Positions 63,634-64,000 of a stretch of DNA of 64,000 bases are shown here, one piece after another. How positions within the stretch are numbered: position 1 is the stretch's first letter; each line of letters opens with the position of its first letter. This stretch comes from an uncultured delta proteobacterium (lineage in GTDB: Bacteria; Desulfobacterota; Binatia; JACPRU01): the NCBI GenBank assembly GCA_963745025.1, contig CAVUWD010000005.1, positions 183,860-247,859 of the forward strand, written 5' to 3'. The notes beneath the pieces were generated by a model. The model did no database searches. It worked only from the letters and a program-made list of their open reading frames with translations, and had not been told where the DNA came from. Made by a program: the position numbers and the translations under genes.

Positions 63634-63996
63634 ATGACCAAGAAGTTCTGTGTGAGTCTGACCTACGCCAAGAACGATGCCGACAAGGCCACCGTCGCCT
63701 TCGTCATCGCCAACGCCGCGGTCGCCTCCGACCAGGAGGCCGTTGTGTTCCTGAGCACCGAGGCCGTGCGACTGTCCCAGCAGGGCTACGCCGACGACGT
63801 GCACGAAGAGGGGTTCGCGCCCCTGCGCGAGCTGATGGCCAACTTCGTCAAGGCCGGCGGCAAGGTCTGGGTGTGTTCGCCGTGCTTCAAGCGGCGCAAG
63901 CTCGACGAAGGCAGGCTGATCGCCGGCGCGACGATCGTCGGCGGCGCGAAGCTCGTCGAGTTGCTGTCCGGCGGTTCGCCCTGCGTCAGCTACTGA
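63634..63996 (+). CDS. DsrE-family protein
   Basis: DADKATVAFVIANAA, VFLSTEAV, VCSPCFKRR and IVGGAK motifs. Confidence 0.88.
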   Translation: MTKKFCVSLTYAKNDADKATVAFVIANAAVASDQEAVVFLSTEAVRLSQQGYADDVHEEGFAPLRELMANFVKAGGKVWVCSPCFKRRKLDEGRLIAGATIVGGAKLVELLSGGSPCVSY

Positions 63997-64000
63997 GTTC

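Overview
High-GC bacterial chromosome segment. Gene content (DUF1329, GldA/F/G-DUF4340 ABC locus, TldD/E, LLM, P450) suggests a deltaproteobacterial-grade or Binatota-like organism; this is inference only. The first ~42 kb is mostly housekeeping: aroF-type DAHP synthase, hisG/hisI, lpxD, yceD-rpmF-plsX-acpP, nrdR-ribD-ribBA-ribH-nusB-leuS-lptE-holA, tldD/E, polA, an ECF sigma/anti-sigma pair, engB, murI, secA and argJ. The last ~22 kb is accessory catabolic content: amino-acid ABC transporter, P450, LLM, a membrane-anchored linalool dehydratase/isomerase-like protein with an alcohol dehydrogenase, acyl-CoA dehydrogenase, a MaoC pair, a ThDP enzyme and TusA/DsrE. leuS, secA and a few other genes carry many +1 frameshifts that look like sequencing error. 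The most interesting unexplained signals are: (1) a ~385-nt intergenic region (20171-20554) that folds end-to-end into a multi-helix structure, a candidate large ncRNA; (2) a dispersed family of heptamer-based (CGGCTAC/GTAGCCG) intergenic hairpins; (3) a perfect 10x11-bp tandem array abutting an RBS; (4) a ~330-aa helical insertion in SecA; (5) a RibBA whose RibB half looks catalytically dead. No rRNA, tRNA, CRISPR array, transposase or integrase was recognised.
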